Shown: in pieces, positions 46,611-60,050 of the stretch
How positions within the stretch are numbered: the stretch's first letter is position 1
Layout: every line of letters starts with the position of its first letter
NCBI GenBank assembly: GCA_002269645.1
Contig: NIVC01003158.1
Coordinates: 1-64,000 of the forward strand
From: Macrostomum lignano
Lineage: Eukaryota
DNA: 64,000 bases
Direction of reading: 5' to 3'
Notes under the pieces: generated by a model
What the model was told of the DNA's origin: nothing
What the model saw: the letters and a program-made list of their open reading frames with translations, nothing else
Databases searched by the model: none
Program-made: the position numbers and the translations under genes

Positions 46611-49079
46611 GAAATGCCTTTTTTGAAAAATCTTTTTTCGCACCTTGAATTCCTATTGCTGCGCGCCTTGACGGGAGCAGACAGCTAGTAGGCGTATTTT
46701 AACAGAAGTAGACAGCTTTCAGCATCTTGAAGTCTGCTTTGTCCCGGCGCACGCACGGGGCGTAATGCAGTATCGCACAATTAATGAACGGAGATTGTGT
46801 AATACATATAATTGGCTACCCTACTATTCGCTAGTCTTCTTTTATTCTTCTACGAGCGTACAAAACTCTTAGAGCTGTAGATTTGCTCAGAGAAAGAAGC
46901 ATTACTTGGCCCTTCCACGGGTTGCTGCTGCTGCAGCCTCCTCGTACAGTCGAAGGCCTTTTGTGCTATAGGTAAGAGAAGATTGAGCAGTGTTTATTAT
47001 AGCTACCGCAGCACAATGGGCCGACCTGCACAGGAAAAGCTGCTCAATATATTTTGCTGGTTTCTGTATGAGAAAGAACCACATTAGCACAACAGCTTGC
47101 AGAGTTTGAGTTACTAAATTCCCAATTCATCTTGTGGCAGCTAACTACAGTTAAAATATTTGAAATCGGTATTAAATTATTGATTGCAAGTAAAAATGAG
47201 AACAGGTAAGAATATTGAATTGCATCTTCGTGTTTCTTGCCTGGTGCAAATTCTAATAAGCCCAATTCTTATCTCTACTTAACTTGTAACCCGATTAAAA
47301 AATTCTTAGTGAAGCAGTAAAGTAGGCTTAGAAGGCGTAGTCGCATGGTGCCTACACCAAGTGTCATAGCTATGTGACATGTTCACTAGCTAACTAGATC
47401 AGAGTCGTTTCCGAAAATTTCTGTAAGCCTGTTATTTTTGGTGGTAAGATAAGTGAATGGGACCGCGCACAGCTGCAGCTCGCTCGTTTTTATGCGAGCT
47501 GGAATCAACCGGTACTTGATAGAAGACCTTCGAGAAGACCTTCAAGGCAGCCATTACTAAAGCTCTGAGGAATTAATCTACGCCTCTGATGCATGGCTAC
47601 GATGAGTAGCCATCGCTTGACCCGAGGACATGGCTAATTTGCACGCGTATTTGGACCGCAGATCGCCGCAGAAACTGCAGCAGGAAGTTTTTTCCTCCTA
47701 AACTTGCACTTCGGCTTCCGTGGACGCGAATAGGGCCTTAAAAAGGATGTTATTCCGCGGGACACTGGAGGTGTAACGTGCATTGATGTGGGTGAGCTCT
47801 GAATTCGCTGATGCCGGGAAATCGGGGATATTCCCTTTGCACAAGTCGGTGTGTCCAGTTAAAGCGATCAAACTGTGTCAATTACGAGCTACATGTAGCT
47901 TCCAACTGAGATCCCCCTGATCATCTCTGCAGTTTCAGGTTGCAACTGTTACAGGGTATACCTGCTGCTGTTAAAACGCATTAGTTTTCAGCCGTTGTTA
48001 TAAGCTCAAGTTTATAATACTTAGGGTGCACTTAGGGATCCTCAAGCGCAAACGGGTTGCACTCATCATCGAAGTCCGAGGAAACATCCTTTACTGATTT
48101 CCCGGTAAAGGGGCGGGCTGCTATGGCGAGACCCCTCTTTTTGAAAAGTCTCCAGAAAAGTTTCTTAGATGAAATTCCTTAGATCATCAATACCAAGGAC
48201 TTGAGTTGGGATCAATTCAGCCCCTATATCTACATCGTAGCAGCTTCGTCTCAAATTCGGAGACTTTGGTTCAACATGTTGCCTTCCAGTTTGGGAGGCC
48301 TACATGTACGTGGTCAGCTATAGTTTAATTTTCTCAGACAGTGTGCCACTGAAAGTATAAATTAAGTATCATGCCAGTGTTCTGTGCGGAGCAGCTTCTT
48401 CGGTAGAACCGAAGCGCACTGCCGGTTCCACAGGGCACCAGACCTCCAGTAGAGTTGGTAGGGCTGGTAGCGAGTATTGATAAACTTCCATGATTCCGTG
48501 GCCACTAAAAAGCAATGGGCAGAGGACCATGGTTCAGCCAGTCACTGCTGATAATGAGTGGAACTAGTTGCTCAAGGATGCTGTTTGAGCCATCCAGATG
48601 CGGGCCTGTAACGTTCTGGGCTACCAGTGGTGTCCTGCAAGTCCGGGGAGGGTAAGGCGACGATTAGCGGGTAAATCCGACATACAGTATTGTGTGTATA
48701 CGCTCGTATAGAAGCTGTGCGCTGCTAAGTCCGATTCTATTTTGACAGAGTTGCTTCAAAACCGATAGTCTATAGTTTGTGTATCCAAAAAGTCCGCTTC
48801 ATTTTGACAACTTCTAAACAATACTGAACAGTTTACAATCAACTTTGACTGCTATCTTGTTACGTCTGTTCTTGGTTGTGTATATTTTTCAGAAAAAAGA
48901 TTGTAAACATATAGCATTGTTAACGATTCAAAAGAAGTGCTCTTGTTCTCTTTGTCTAGACTAAAAGTTGTACAACATTAAATGAGTGAACGAGTGAATG
49001 AATAAAGGAAAGTAACAAGATAGCAGAATGAAAAGTAAAAGTAGTAATTCAGGCAGTCGTTTGATTATAATTTTGCTCA

Positions 49080-49320
49080 CTAGTATGTCTCGCCGGTGGG
49101 CAGTAAACGTCCGACCTGTTCGACAGTGCGCGATAAAAAGCTGCTGCAGTTTTGGGCCAACTCGCGCTTCAAAGCAGACTTAAATTCGCGATTAAGCACG
49201 CGATCGAGTACTCAGGAACGGGCTGTATGGCGGCATGCAGGCGTTTGATTTCGACATTGCCTGGGATCTCGTAGTCTTCGGCATCATTACAAGGTAAAAT
49301 ACGAGCTAAGTAATGATACT
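49080..49320 (-). pseudogene. Possible IS630/Tc1-mariner DDE transposase remnant
   Basis: Minus-strand peptide MPPYSPFLST resembles the LPPYSPFLNPIE motif; surrounding frame is broken. Confidence 0.35.
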
Positions 49321-50324
49321 GCATTGTCGAAGAGCAATTTTTCAAACTATTCCCTGGAATGCAGTTTGAAAGTTGCCGCTAATGGTGTGAAATAATCACC
49401 CAACCTCCCTTTCATAAGTGTGGAAGTGGACTAATCTAATCGCAGGGAAATCCCTTCAGCGAACGAGTCTGTCTAAACACGCTCAACACTCCAAACCAAA
49501 CCTAGCTATAGCGATCATCGAAGACACGTGTCGAAGCCCAACTCGTCACTGTAGATTTTGTGAGGAGCAACAACCTTATCAAACAAAGCCAGGTCACAGA
49601 ACTCCACGCGCGCGTCAATTACCCGTGAGGGCGTTTCATACAGCAGAAAAATCCCTTGCTAACTTGGTTGTGAAAAGGCTGCGTCGAGTTTCTCACCGAC
49701 TGTTCTATCCTTTACTTGTGGTTCGGTTTGAAAATTTAGACGAAGGTTGATGTTCAATTGCTTCAATACAATGAGTGTGCATTCATCTCGACCTGAGCTT
49801 CAATACATGAGCGTTCGAATTTCTGGATCCCATTTACGAGAATTTACTTAGCGCCTCCCTTTAGTAGCTTTTCCGGCCTTCCAGATCCCACAATCGTGTA
49901 CGCAGTTTTCTACTTTACATCTAACTACCGGACCAATTCAACAAAATATTCTCCTCACTTAAAAGCTACGAAAATCCGAGCTCTATCAGCAGTTCGATCA
50001 TAGCTGTATCCGAGCGCTGATCCAGTTTTTAACAGAGTCAACTTTTTAGCGGGCGAAACAAACTCCCGAGGGCTAAAAGTCAAAATTAGTCAAAATATTT
50101 TAATATTTGTCATGCACAAAGTCGCGTACATTTCAATCGATAAAGACATAGGCAACTATGAGCGTGCCCCAACCCCCCAGCGAAAGCCAACCTCCAAACC
50201 GCCAACACAAGCTCACAATATCAAGTCATCACATCCCTTCGCTCTTAAATATGAAAATAAGATGAAGAAAAAAGAACACTAAAAAAGGTACTAAAATCGA
50301 GTTCATCAACAACAGTTACTTCAG

Positions 50325-53300
50325 CTGTAAGTCAGTCGCTCAGGTGCAGCGCACATCCTCATCGAACGGAGAAGCTGCGGCATGGCGTCAGGCTCCGCTG
50401 CAGTCTCAGCAGCAGTGCCGTCAGCAAAAAAAATGGGTGCATCTTTCGGCACCGCACATCGCACTGCGGCACCGCTACCGCTGGTACCGCCGGCTGGGTC
50501 GGAAGCTGACTAACCGCGGCCGGCTTGCGCACCTGGTCCACGTGCCTGTCTGCGTCTCTACACTACCAGAACTGTCCGTGACTGTCGCCGGCCTTCAGCG
50601 TCCGTCACTCGCGAAGTCTCGACATTAATGCGACGGTCGTGCGCGTGGGCGTCGTGCTGCTCCTTCTGCAGTGCCTGCTGTACGGCCACCCGGGCGGGCA
50701 GATCCAGGCGGACTCGATCGAGCAACGATTTCAGCCTCCGCCCCATCAGCAACTCGCAGGGCGCCCTCCCGGTAGTCGCCTCGGTACGTCAGGAGAAACC
50801 GGGAGACTCGCTCCTCCAGAGAGCCGCTTCGCTGCTTGGCCAGCACACGCTTCAGAGTTTGAACTGCTCGCTCTGCTTGGCCGCTGGACGCCGGGTGGCC
50901 ACGTGCCGGAATTCCGTTCTTGCTCAGGAATGTCTCCATCTCCGCGCTGACTAGGTTCGGACTGTTGTCGGTGACGATCACGTCCGGCAGACCGTGAGTT
51001 GCAAAGCTCGAGCGCAGCTTCTCGATAGTCGCAGTCGACGACGTCGAAGGCATCACATGCACGTCCATCCACTTGGAGTGGGCGTCAACGAAAACGAGCA
51101 ACATCCGGCCCTGGACCGGCCCGGCGTAGTCAATGTGCAGGCGCGACCAGGGCTGCAGTGGAAACGGACCTGGCGACTTCTGCATCTCCTGGCAGTCGGT
51201 GCACGCGGCGACCAGCCGCTCGATCGCCTCGTCTAGTTGGGCCACCAGAAAACGCTTCGAGCCAGCGCCTTCATTCTCGTGTCGCCCTGGTGTCCCTGGT
51301 GCAGGCAGTGCAGCAGCGCCTCCCAACCGGCCTCAGGAACTACGACTCGGCAGCCCCAGAGCAGACAGTCTTGGGTGCTCAGCTGGTCGGCTTGGACTGG
51401 TGCAGCAGCCCAAGCAGCGGCTTGTGGTTTGTGGTCGCTCACCAGCGTGAAGTCTCGGCCGTACAGGTACATGTGGAATTTCTTAACTCCGTAGATGATC
51501 GCGAGCGCCTCCTTCTCGAGCTGTGAGTATCGGGTCTCTGCTTCATGTAGCGTGCGAGAGGCGAAGGCGATCGGTCTGTCGACTCCGTCGATCCGGTGGC
51601 TGACGACGGCGCCGATGCCGTAAGGCGAGGCGTCGCACTCAGCACCAGCGGCTTCTGACGGTTGAAATGCGCGAGCACCGGTCCCCGGCTGAGTAGCGAC
51701 TTGCCCCTGCGAAACGCTTCGTCCTGCACAGCGTCCCATCGCAAGGGGGCGCCCTTGTTCAGCAGCTGGTTCAGCGGCGCCAGTTCAGTTGACAGATTGG
51801 GCATGAACTTGCCGTAATAATTTACCAGCCCGAGGAAGCTGCGCAGCTGCGTCTGGTCGCGGGGCGGGGGCGCGTCCTGGATCGCCCGCACCTTGTACTG
51901 GAGAGGGTGCAGCCCTTCAGCGTCGATTCGGTGCCCGAGGTAGCTGATGCTCTGGTGCATAAAACTGCATTTGCTCAGGCCGCACCGGAGGCCGCTTTGC
52001 TGCAGTCGCCTAAGTAACTGCTCCAGCGTCTTCAGGTGGCTGTCATCATCCACACCGGTAACCAGCAGGTCGTCAACGAAGCAGGTGACGTGGGGAATGC
52101 TCTGCAGGAGGCAGTCCATCTGGCGCTGGAAAATACCGACAGCGGGAGCGACTCCGACCGGCAATGTCGTGTACCGCATCAGCCCCTTGCTGGTGTTGAT
52201 TGTGCAGAGTTCTTGCGAGGCCTCGTCCAGAGGCAGCTGCGAGTACGCGTGCGACAAGTCAAGCTTGGTAAATTTCTTTCTGCCAGCCAGTTTCGCGAAG
52301 AGCTTATTGATCCTCGGTACTGGGTACGCGTCAGGCTCGACGGCACATATGCGGACCGAGCTATCTGTCTTTAAACGGGTACGATCGGAGACGCGTAGTC
52401 CGTAATGCTCACAGGCTGCAGTACTCCCTGTTCGATCTCTTTTTCGAGTTGCGCCTCAACCTTCTCCTTCAGCGCAAGCGGGACGTTCCTGGCCTTGAAA
52501 AACCTCGGCCGCGCTGAGGCTTTCAACTGCAGCCGCACCGCGGGCCCCTGTACCGACCAAGGCCCGGTTCGAAGACTTCGGCGTACTTTTCTAGCAGGCT
52601 CTTGAGTTCCGGTTGCCCTGACGGATGCTGTTGCACCTGCTTGATGTTTCGCCAGTCCAACGGAAGTCCAGTCGCGGCCAACCAGATTCGAGCCGGCACC
52701 TTCGATAACGAGCAGCGGCAGCACCTTGCTGGCGACCTCGGTCTGCGCGCGAATTCTAAGTTGGCCGAGAACGGGCACCAGCTCTCCAGGGTACGTCCGC
52801 AGCTGCATGTTGACTTGCTCGAGTCTGGGACGCCCTCGCAGTACTTCGTTATAGGTCTTCACAGAGATGAGTGACACAGACGACCTACGGCGGCGGCCAT
52901 TACGTGCAGCAAAAAAGCCTCCTCCGCCTGCAGCTCTTGGACGGTCGAGTCGACGTGACGATTCGAAGCTCGCTGAGGCCCAGCCGATCTCTCGTCCCGT
53001 TGAGCAGGCGGCGCTGCCTTGCACGCAGCAGCGATGTGTCCGGTTTTCGAGCATGCGTAATAACACCTATCGATGAACGGGCACTTGGCAGCCAGGTGGC
53101 GCTGGGACAGGCATCGATAGCTACGCTTCGCTGGCGACCCACTGGCCGTCTCTCACCGGGCAGAATGGTGAAGAGCGTGCACCGTGTCAAAGCCGGCGCC
53201 TTTAGCCACCAGCAGGTTGCCTCAAGCGGCCGACTCGTGCGCCTGCGCCAGCGACAACGCCGTATTCAGCGAGAGCTCCTTCTCTGTGAAGAGCCTCCGC

Positions 53301-53885
53301 TGAATGGAATCATCACTGATCCCCAGGACCAGCCGGTCCCTCAGCATGCTGCTGAGGCCAACGCCGAAATTGCAATCCCGAGCTAGCTTGCGCAGCTCAG
53401 CCAGGAACTCTGCCACCGACTCGCCTGCCTGACGGCTTCTGCTGTAGAACCTGAATCGCCGTACAATATCTGGTGGGGTTGGATCAAAAGTGTAAAGACT
53501 CAGCTTTGGTTGGAAGAACAGTCGACTTGTTAAATTATAAGTCTCTTATTCAGCGTTTTAAGATTTCCGGGGGGGACGTTCCATCGCGTACGTGATATGC
53601 ACAGAGCGAGAAGGCTTGAGCCTGGTGAGCAAAGAAAGGGTTACGCGCACGCGAACGACGAAATAACCAAAATAATAAATTTAACTAACTGAGGTCATCA
53701 CAAAAATGCTCCTTCAGCTTAGCACAGATGGCGTCGTAGGTCGTGTCCTTCGGCAGTGCCGGTGAATGTAGGTTTGATATCAGCTGGTAGGTGTCCCTGC
53801 CACAGATGCTCAGCAGCACGGCTCGCCTCTTTTCATTGTTGATTTCATGGTTCTTTTGGAAGAGAGCTTGTTTTTTGAGCTTCAT
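50325..53885 (-). mobile_element. Decayed Ty3/Gypsy LTR retrotransposon (gag-protease-RT-RNase H-integrase)
   Basis: gag LRDRLVLGI; RT YSQLPLDEASQELCTINTSKGL...CFVDDLLV; RNase H CDASPYGIGAV...YSQLEKEALAI; integrase PWSRLHIDYAGP; frameshifted; LTRs not identified. Confidence 0.9.
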
Positions 53886-54009
53886 ACGAGATATATACTT
53901 CTAAGCTTGTTTTTTTGCCTCAAAGCACTCTACCACTTTAATTGTCTGAATTTATGTCAAATCTAACACATGCCTAGATATATAGGATTGTTTAAACTTG
54001 AATTTCAAA

Positions 54010-55197
54010 ATGTCTATTAAATTGTCTGACAAAAGCAATACCGATCGACTCACCGCAGAATCAATCGTGCAGCAACTAAAAAAGCTGATGACACCAATGA
54101 TGTTCCTGGTGGCACTACTACTGCTGCTGGCGCTAGGCATGGACACGCATCAAAAGATCTTTAGCAATCGCGGCCATTCTCTTACCGGTATCTCTGCCAA
54201 GAAAAAAATTATCTCTGACACAGTGCCGGCGACTATTGACCACCCGCTGCCGTCGGGTGCCTGCGGCGCCTATAGCGAGCTCCGCAGTGTGAACTTCCTG
54301 CACAAGTCCATCAGCGAGAGCATCTGCGAAGGTGCAGCCGCCTACACCATCGTGGACAGCGCGTTTCCGCTGTGCCGACTTAAGCAGCACCTGCCGCCGG
54401 TTCTCACTGAAGGCGTCAGAGTTGCAAGTGTGCAGACCTTCATCAGAAGCCCCCTCACCCAGAGAAACCTCTCTAGCTTTGTCTACTCAAGTCCCGACTT
54501 AATCTCGAACTTCATCCGCGCAGAACACATCTTCGAGAAGAGAAACGTCCGCATCATGCAGCAAATTATTCGAAAGCTGGCCGCCAAGTCGCCCGTCACC
54601 TTCATGGACATCGGTTCCAACATTGGTGTGTTCAGCCTGCCGATTCTCGATCTCGGAGTGCCCGTTATCGCTCTGGATGCAAACATTCGTAACCTGATTA
54701 GACTCAAGCTGTCAGCCGAGGCGGCCAAGCTGCCTCACAAGCTGCACCTGCTGTGGAATTTCGTCAACAGGCAGGTGTCGCTCATGTACCTGAACTTCCC
54801 GAAGGAGTGTAACATGGGTGGCGCCACCAAGTTAGGCAGGGCCGTCGTCGACACGATACCGGTGATGTCGGCGACCGCGGACTCCATCGTGCCGCTCGTC
54901 GACACCAAGCTGGTCGTCCTGAAGGTCGACATCGAAGGAGGCGAAGGCGAGTTCTTCAAGAGCGCGAAGAAGCTGTTTGACAGCTTCACGATTCCCGTGG
55001 TGCACATGGAGTGGCTGAAGAGGCACATGAACGATATGGAGCGCCAGTTCATGATCAGGTTCTTCTATGAGAGGCGCTACAGCCCGAGGAGCATGAACGA
55101 TCTGACGAAGTTGATCAACATTAACCACACAGGGTATGAAGGAGACGACCTTGTTTGGGTGCACAAGAACTTCGAGGATGCAGGCATACTGCTCTGA
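54010..55197 (+). CDS. Intronless FkbM-family (Methyltransf_21) SAM-dependent methyltransferase with an N-terminal membrane anchor
   Basis: FMDIGSNIGVFSL (motif I), VIALDAN, VLKVDIEGGE, VHMEW; hydrophobic MMFLVALLLLLALG after a short N-terminus; intact ORF. Confidence 0.85.
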   Translation: MSIKLSDKSNTDRLTAESIVQQLKKLMTPMMFLVALLLLLALGMDTHQKIFSNRGHSLTGISAKKKIISDTVPATIDHPLPSGACGAYSELRSVNFLHKSISESICEGAAAYTIVDSAFPLCRLKQHLPPVLTEGVRVASVQTFIRSPLTQRNLSSFVYSSPDLISNFIRAEHIFEKRNVRIMQQIIRKLAAKSPVTFMDIGSNIGVFSLPILDLGVPVIALDANIRNLIRLKLSAEAAKLPHKLHLLWNFVNRQVSLMYLNFPKECNMGGATKLGRAVVDTIPVMSATADSIVPLVDTKLVVLKVDIEGGEGEFFKSAKKLFDSFTIPVVHMEWLKRHMNDMERQFMIRFFYERRYSPRSMNDLTKLININHTGYEGDDLVWVHKNFEDAGILL

Positions 55198-57899
55198 GTG
55201 TGTTTGAATGTGAGCTATCAGCTAGCAGTTGGCAATGAATTTTAAATATTTTACCAAGTGGTGAGATAGAGAATTTACCAATAAAATTCATTTGTCGGAA
55301 TTTAAAGTTTGGAGCTACTTATGCGTCCTTATAAAATACTGTTAGTTTTGTCAGCTCTTCGATAAGATTTTTTATACCCATGATAGCCTATTGATTCACC
55401 CGTTACCAGTCGTTTGTCTTTTGCAATTCGAAACTAGCAATTAAAGCTAAAGAAAAATAAAGCTAAACTGCAGAGCCAAACGAACAACGTGATCCTACAT
55501 AATGAATTAGTAAAATTTATTGGTTGGATTTCATGTCACTAAAGAAGTAACATTATAACACTGCTTTCAAGACCGTACCATTTCTAATATATAAAGAATA
55601 ATATTCTTCACTACTCTTATCTATTCTTATTCTGATCTAGTATTATTTTATTATAATATATTATTGTCTCTTTTATAGATAAAAATATTAGACATGTTTT
55701 ATATATTAGACATGCGCACCTTGAGGGTGCTGAGTTTTATATGTTATGATATTGTTTTAGGCAAGCTAATAAATACAGTGAAATAAAATAAATCAATCAA
55801 TACATGTACATCAATACACAAATAAAATAAATACGCTCGTACAAAAAGCTAGTGAATATAAATTTTTGATGTAACTGCCTGAAGTTAAAATCTCGTGCGG
55901 AAAAATAGTATTCAAATTTATTTTTGGTACCAATACATATATCAAGCCTGAGGGCAGCTGCATTCCCAGTGTCAAATTCGACGTCAATTCAAAGTCTATT
56001 TTTGTTCCAAAGTCGAATTCATGCTGTGCCAAATAGAGGTCAATAATTCGACTTTGATTAGAGTTATTACAACATGATGGGTTTCGACCTTTTCGGCCCC
56101 TTTCGGGAAGCCTTCAGGCCTCAGGTCTCAGAAATAAATCAATTAGAGTCCTGGCCCCCCACTCCCGTCAGATGGTCAGCCCCATGGTAGCTTGATCGTG
56201 TGGCGAGCAGTCTAGGTCCTATAGCTAAGAGAGGGACAGCGAGAGACAAGCAGGGAGAATTTTGAAGGTAGAGATCAGCTAATCCGCAGATTAACTAACC
56301 CGCTGCCACCAGCCCGTGCGTCCTGGCTCACCAAATCGGGCTTCCGACTAGAGGGGGCTTAGCACTTACCTGCCAACTAGTGTCTTTTTGCTGTCTATCT
56401 CGAAGTCATAGCCGATGATAAGGGACACTGCTGGGACTTGATCGCATTGGCCATGCAGGTACAGAGGAGACTTGTGCAGGGGATTCTTGCAGTGGCGAGA
56501 CTACGATCTAGTACATGTACTATTACATAGCTAAATACGAGGAATTGTACTTTTGGCCTCCAACGCGCCAACTAGCCTCTCGTAGCGCTGATGATAGACT
56601 AACTCGAACTTCAGAGACCGCATGATTCATTACCCGAGCCGCTTGGCTAACCTAGAGTGCACACAAGTACATCTCTGGCGCCGATTCTGCACTTCTGGCA
56701 GTTTTGCTAACTGATTTGATAGATTGATCGACTGAGAACTGCCTTGTCATTGGTCCACTGTGACCGGCGCCTACTAGCTTAGCTACTCATCTGAGCCATC
56801 GGCGAACAAAGAAATGAAACCGATAAAAATAACTGTCAGATTTAACCTTCTCACTGATTCACTTTACACCTCAGATTGAATTGGAGTTTAGACTACTAAC
56901 AGTATTATTGAATGATCTCTGCCTCAGTAGCATGTAGTTGAAATTATCGCAGATTGATTTCGCACACCTTGAATCGTCTGGCTCAGGGTGCTGACCGTGG
57001 CTCGATGACGCTCGATCATGTTGAGTTGCTCCTGGTGGTGGGCGGCCTCCAGTACAGTAGAGCGGGCTCGTTCGATGCTATCAGGCGAGCTCCAATTAAT
57101 GATGGTGTGATTTTTATGGGCCCGAACTTGGCGGCGCACATTGAATGGCTCGGTTGTCTGGCACTCGTGGCAAAGCAACCAGCGACTTATAATGCAGCTG
57201 TCTTTTTGTTATGGAGCTTTAAGCCACGGAGCTCACATGAATTGCAGCTGATGCACACCTCGTACACGTAGGATGGACACCGAGATTTATTCATTATTAA
57301 AAATTTATCTGAGAAATTTAATTTAAAATAAAATTTAAATTTAAACTTCTCATATGCACATATTTAGCCTCTTATATACCCACTTCAACCAAATCTGTGT
57401 TGATAAAAACATAGCCGCTATGTTTTCAGCTTTACTATGTTTACAGTCAGCCACCCAATGTCCAATGTTTTCATCAGCGCATCCAGGTATTGAGCCCTTG
57501 TTGAATTCCCGCACGCCCCGCTAAATTCTTTTAAATACGCCGCCAACTTTACCCCACCCAGTCGAGGGTGGCAATAAAACTGATAACTGAGCACTCTCTC
57601 CTTTCAGCAACAAAGCCGCCGCCGCCAGCTCCCAGACAGCGGGAGAGAGAGGCTTGGCTACCACTATTTTTGTTTACAGAAATTTGTTATTACCGATAAA
57701 ATTATATAATAATAATAAAGTACTAGTATAATACTGAATACAATAAAATATCGCTGATATTTGCCAATCGTTCAACCCAATTTCTAGAGATTCCCTAGCT
57801 CGCCTCTGTGCATACTTGCGGATTCTCCCCAAGAGGCGTCTATCTACTCTCATAGGAGTCTACGGAATTCCCATGGCTTTGCCTGCGGCAGAGTTGAGC

Positions 57900-59330
57900 T
57901 ATGCAAACACATAGGCGCCCTTCTGATCCGGGCCCACGGAAGTTCCATGGCTTTCCCTGCGGCAGAGTTGTGTTATCCTCTACTACTGGGGAGACGTCGG
58001 GTTGGACCACCTGCCGATCTGCATCACCATCCATCACAGCCGAGGCGCGGCCAAGCGCGCGGGCGCCGCCTCTGGAGAGTTGTCCGCTCCCTCGACGGCA
58101 GAAATAAGAACCAGCAGCGGGACGCAACGCTCCGGGTAGGCCAGAAGACACTCGTCCAGTCGAAGGACATCGCCGAGGCCTACGCCCGTGAGTATGCCAC
58201 CGTCAGCCGCCTCCCGCAAGACCGCAGGACGCGAGACCTCCACTGTGAGAACTTTCGCAGCAGCGCTTCGCGAGCCGGCGCTGACAGCCATGAGAGCAGA
58301 GATTTTCGAAAGCCGTTCTCGCACCGCGAGCTGGACAGGGCTCTCCGCTCCCTCCCGACCAAGAAGGCTCCAGGACCCGATGAGATCTGCGCCGAACACC
58401 TGCAGCACCTCGGCGCTGCCGGCCGCCGGGCGGTCCTGCAGCTGATCAACGCGTCCTGGACCCAGGGGGAGGTCCCCGCGTGGCGCCGTGCCCACGTCGT
58501 GCCGATCCTCAAAAAGGGAAAGCCGGCCAACGAGATCGGATCATACCGGCCGATTGCCCTCACCTCCATCCTGGCCAAGCTGGCCGAGCGTCTGGTTCAA
58601 GCGCGGCTCTACTGGTGGGCCGAGTCCCAGCACCTGCTGCACCCCGCCCAAGCCGGCTTCCGCAAGCGGGGCAGCACCGAGGACCAGATCGCCCGGCTCA
58701 CCCAGCTCATCAGCGACGGCCACCAAGCGGCCCCTGCCAGGCGGACGGCCGTCGTCCTGTTCTACTTCCGGCAGGCGTACGACACCGTCTGGAAGCAGGG
58801 CCTGTTGCACAAGCCGCTCAACGCCGGCATCCCAGCGGCGGGGGTCCGCTGGCTCAGCAGCTTCCTGGCCGATCGCCGTGCTGCCGTCAGGGTGGACGGC
58901 GCGCTGAGCAGCTGGCGGCTCTTCCGCGAGGGCCTGCCACAGGGGAGTGTCCTTGCTCCTCTGCTCTTTGCGCTGTACATTAGCGACCTGCCTGACCACC
59001 TGCCGCCCGACTTTACCTGCACGGCGGGCCGCCTGCTGACTCCATCGACGAGCGACCTCACGCGGCGGCAGGAGCGGCTGATTTTCCAGCTGCGCACCGA
59101 CCGCTGCCCGGCCCTGCGGGGCTTCCAGGCCGCCATCGGCGTTGACGTGGCCCCACCTGCCGCTTCTGTGGCGACGGAGAGGAGACGGCGGCCCATCTGC
59201 TGATCTCCTGCCCCGCCCTGACATCAAACCGCTGCCGCCTCTGGGGGCCAAGCCCGGAGCCCGCGGAAGTTTTCGAGAACTGCACCGCGGTGTTGAACTT
59301 CCTCGGGAAGGCGGGCGCCATCTGACGCCC
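57900..59330 (+). pseudogene. Internally deleted non-LTR retrotransposon RT fragment
   Basis: KKAPGPDEI, SYRPIALTSILAKLAERLV, QAGFRK, GLPQGSVLAPLLFALYISDL, then a jump to the C-terminal region without the YADD motif. Confidence 0.85.
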
Positions 59331-59384
59331 GGTGCCATGGGCCCCGGCCCGAGCGCGCCCAAATGGAAGAAGAAGAAGAAAGAT

Positions 59385-60050
59385 TCCCTTTGCGCTGCAA
59401 AGCAAAGTTCAGGCGTTAAAGCGCATGGAGGCCCTCGGAGTCATTGTTAAATTTTCTGAGCCAACGGATTGGGTAAACTCTTTGGTTACTGTGCACAAGC
59501 CAGATGGCAGCCTGCGGCTGTGTATCGATCCGACACATCTCAACAAAGCTATCAAGCGCGCTCACTACCCGATGACAACAGTTGAGCAAGTTGTTGCGCT
59601 CATTCCAGATGCCAAGTACTTCACCGTGCTGGATGCAAAGACTGGTTTTTAGCAGATAAGAGTTGACGAAGAAAGTACTCGTACACAGCTCTGCACTTTC
59701 AACACTCCGTGGAGCAGATACAATTTCGTTCGCCTGCCCCCAGGAACGTGAGCTAAGCAATTTTTTTCAGCACAGCTGGGCTGAGGTAATTGTTGATGAT
59801 ATGCTTGTCTGAAGACCGACCCGCGAAGAGCACGATCAAAAGCTACTCAAGGTGCTCAATGAGGTCCGTCAGTCGAATTTAAAACTAAATCGCAAGAAAC
59901 TGAAATTTGGTGTTTTTCAGTAAACTATGTCGGTCACGTGATCTCATCCGACGGTGTTCGTCCAGATCCTGCTTAAGTAAAAGCCATTCAAGAGCTTCCG
60001 GTTCCAGGTGATAAGCAGGCAGTGATGCGGCTGCTTGGCATGATGAGCTA
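59385..60050 (+). pseudogene. Gypsy reverse transcriptase fragment
   Basis: PTDWVNSLVTVHKPDGSLRLCIDPTHLNKAIKRAHYPM...FTVLDAKTGF followed by stops. Confidence 0.85.

Noticed and set aside
46465-46620. 5' LTR/PBS of the 43300-46470 Gypsy element (TTACA|TTGGTCGCAG on minus)
   Set aside because: No matching second LTR found in the window, so the boundary cannot be supported.
56060-56140. Possible Penelope-type hammerhead ribozyme (minus strand CCTGAAGG...GAAAGGGGCC...GGTCGAAAC)
   Set aside because: Core is not CUGANGA and I could not form stems I and III; would need an Infernal search to revisit.
56924-57271. Possible small Cys-containing gene or exon
   Set aside because: No recognisable domain, convincing splice structure or homology.
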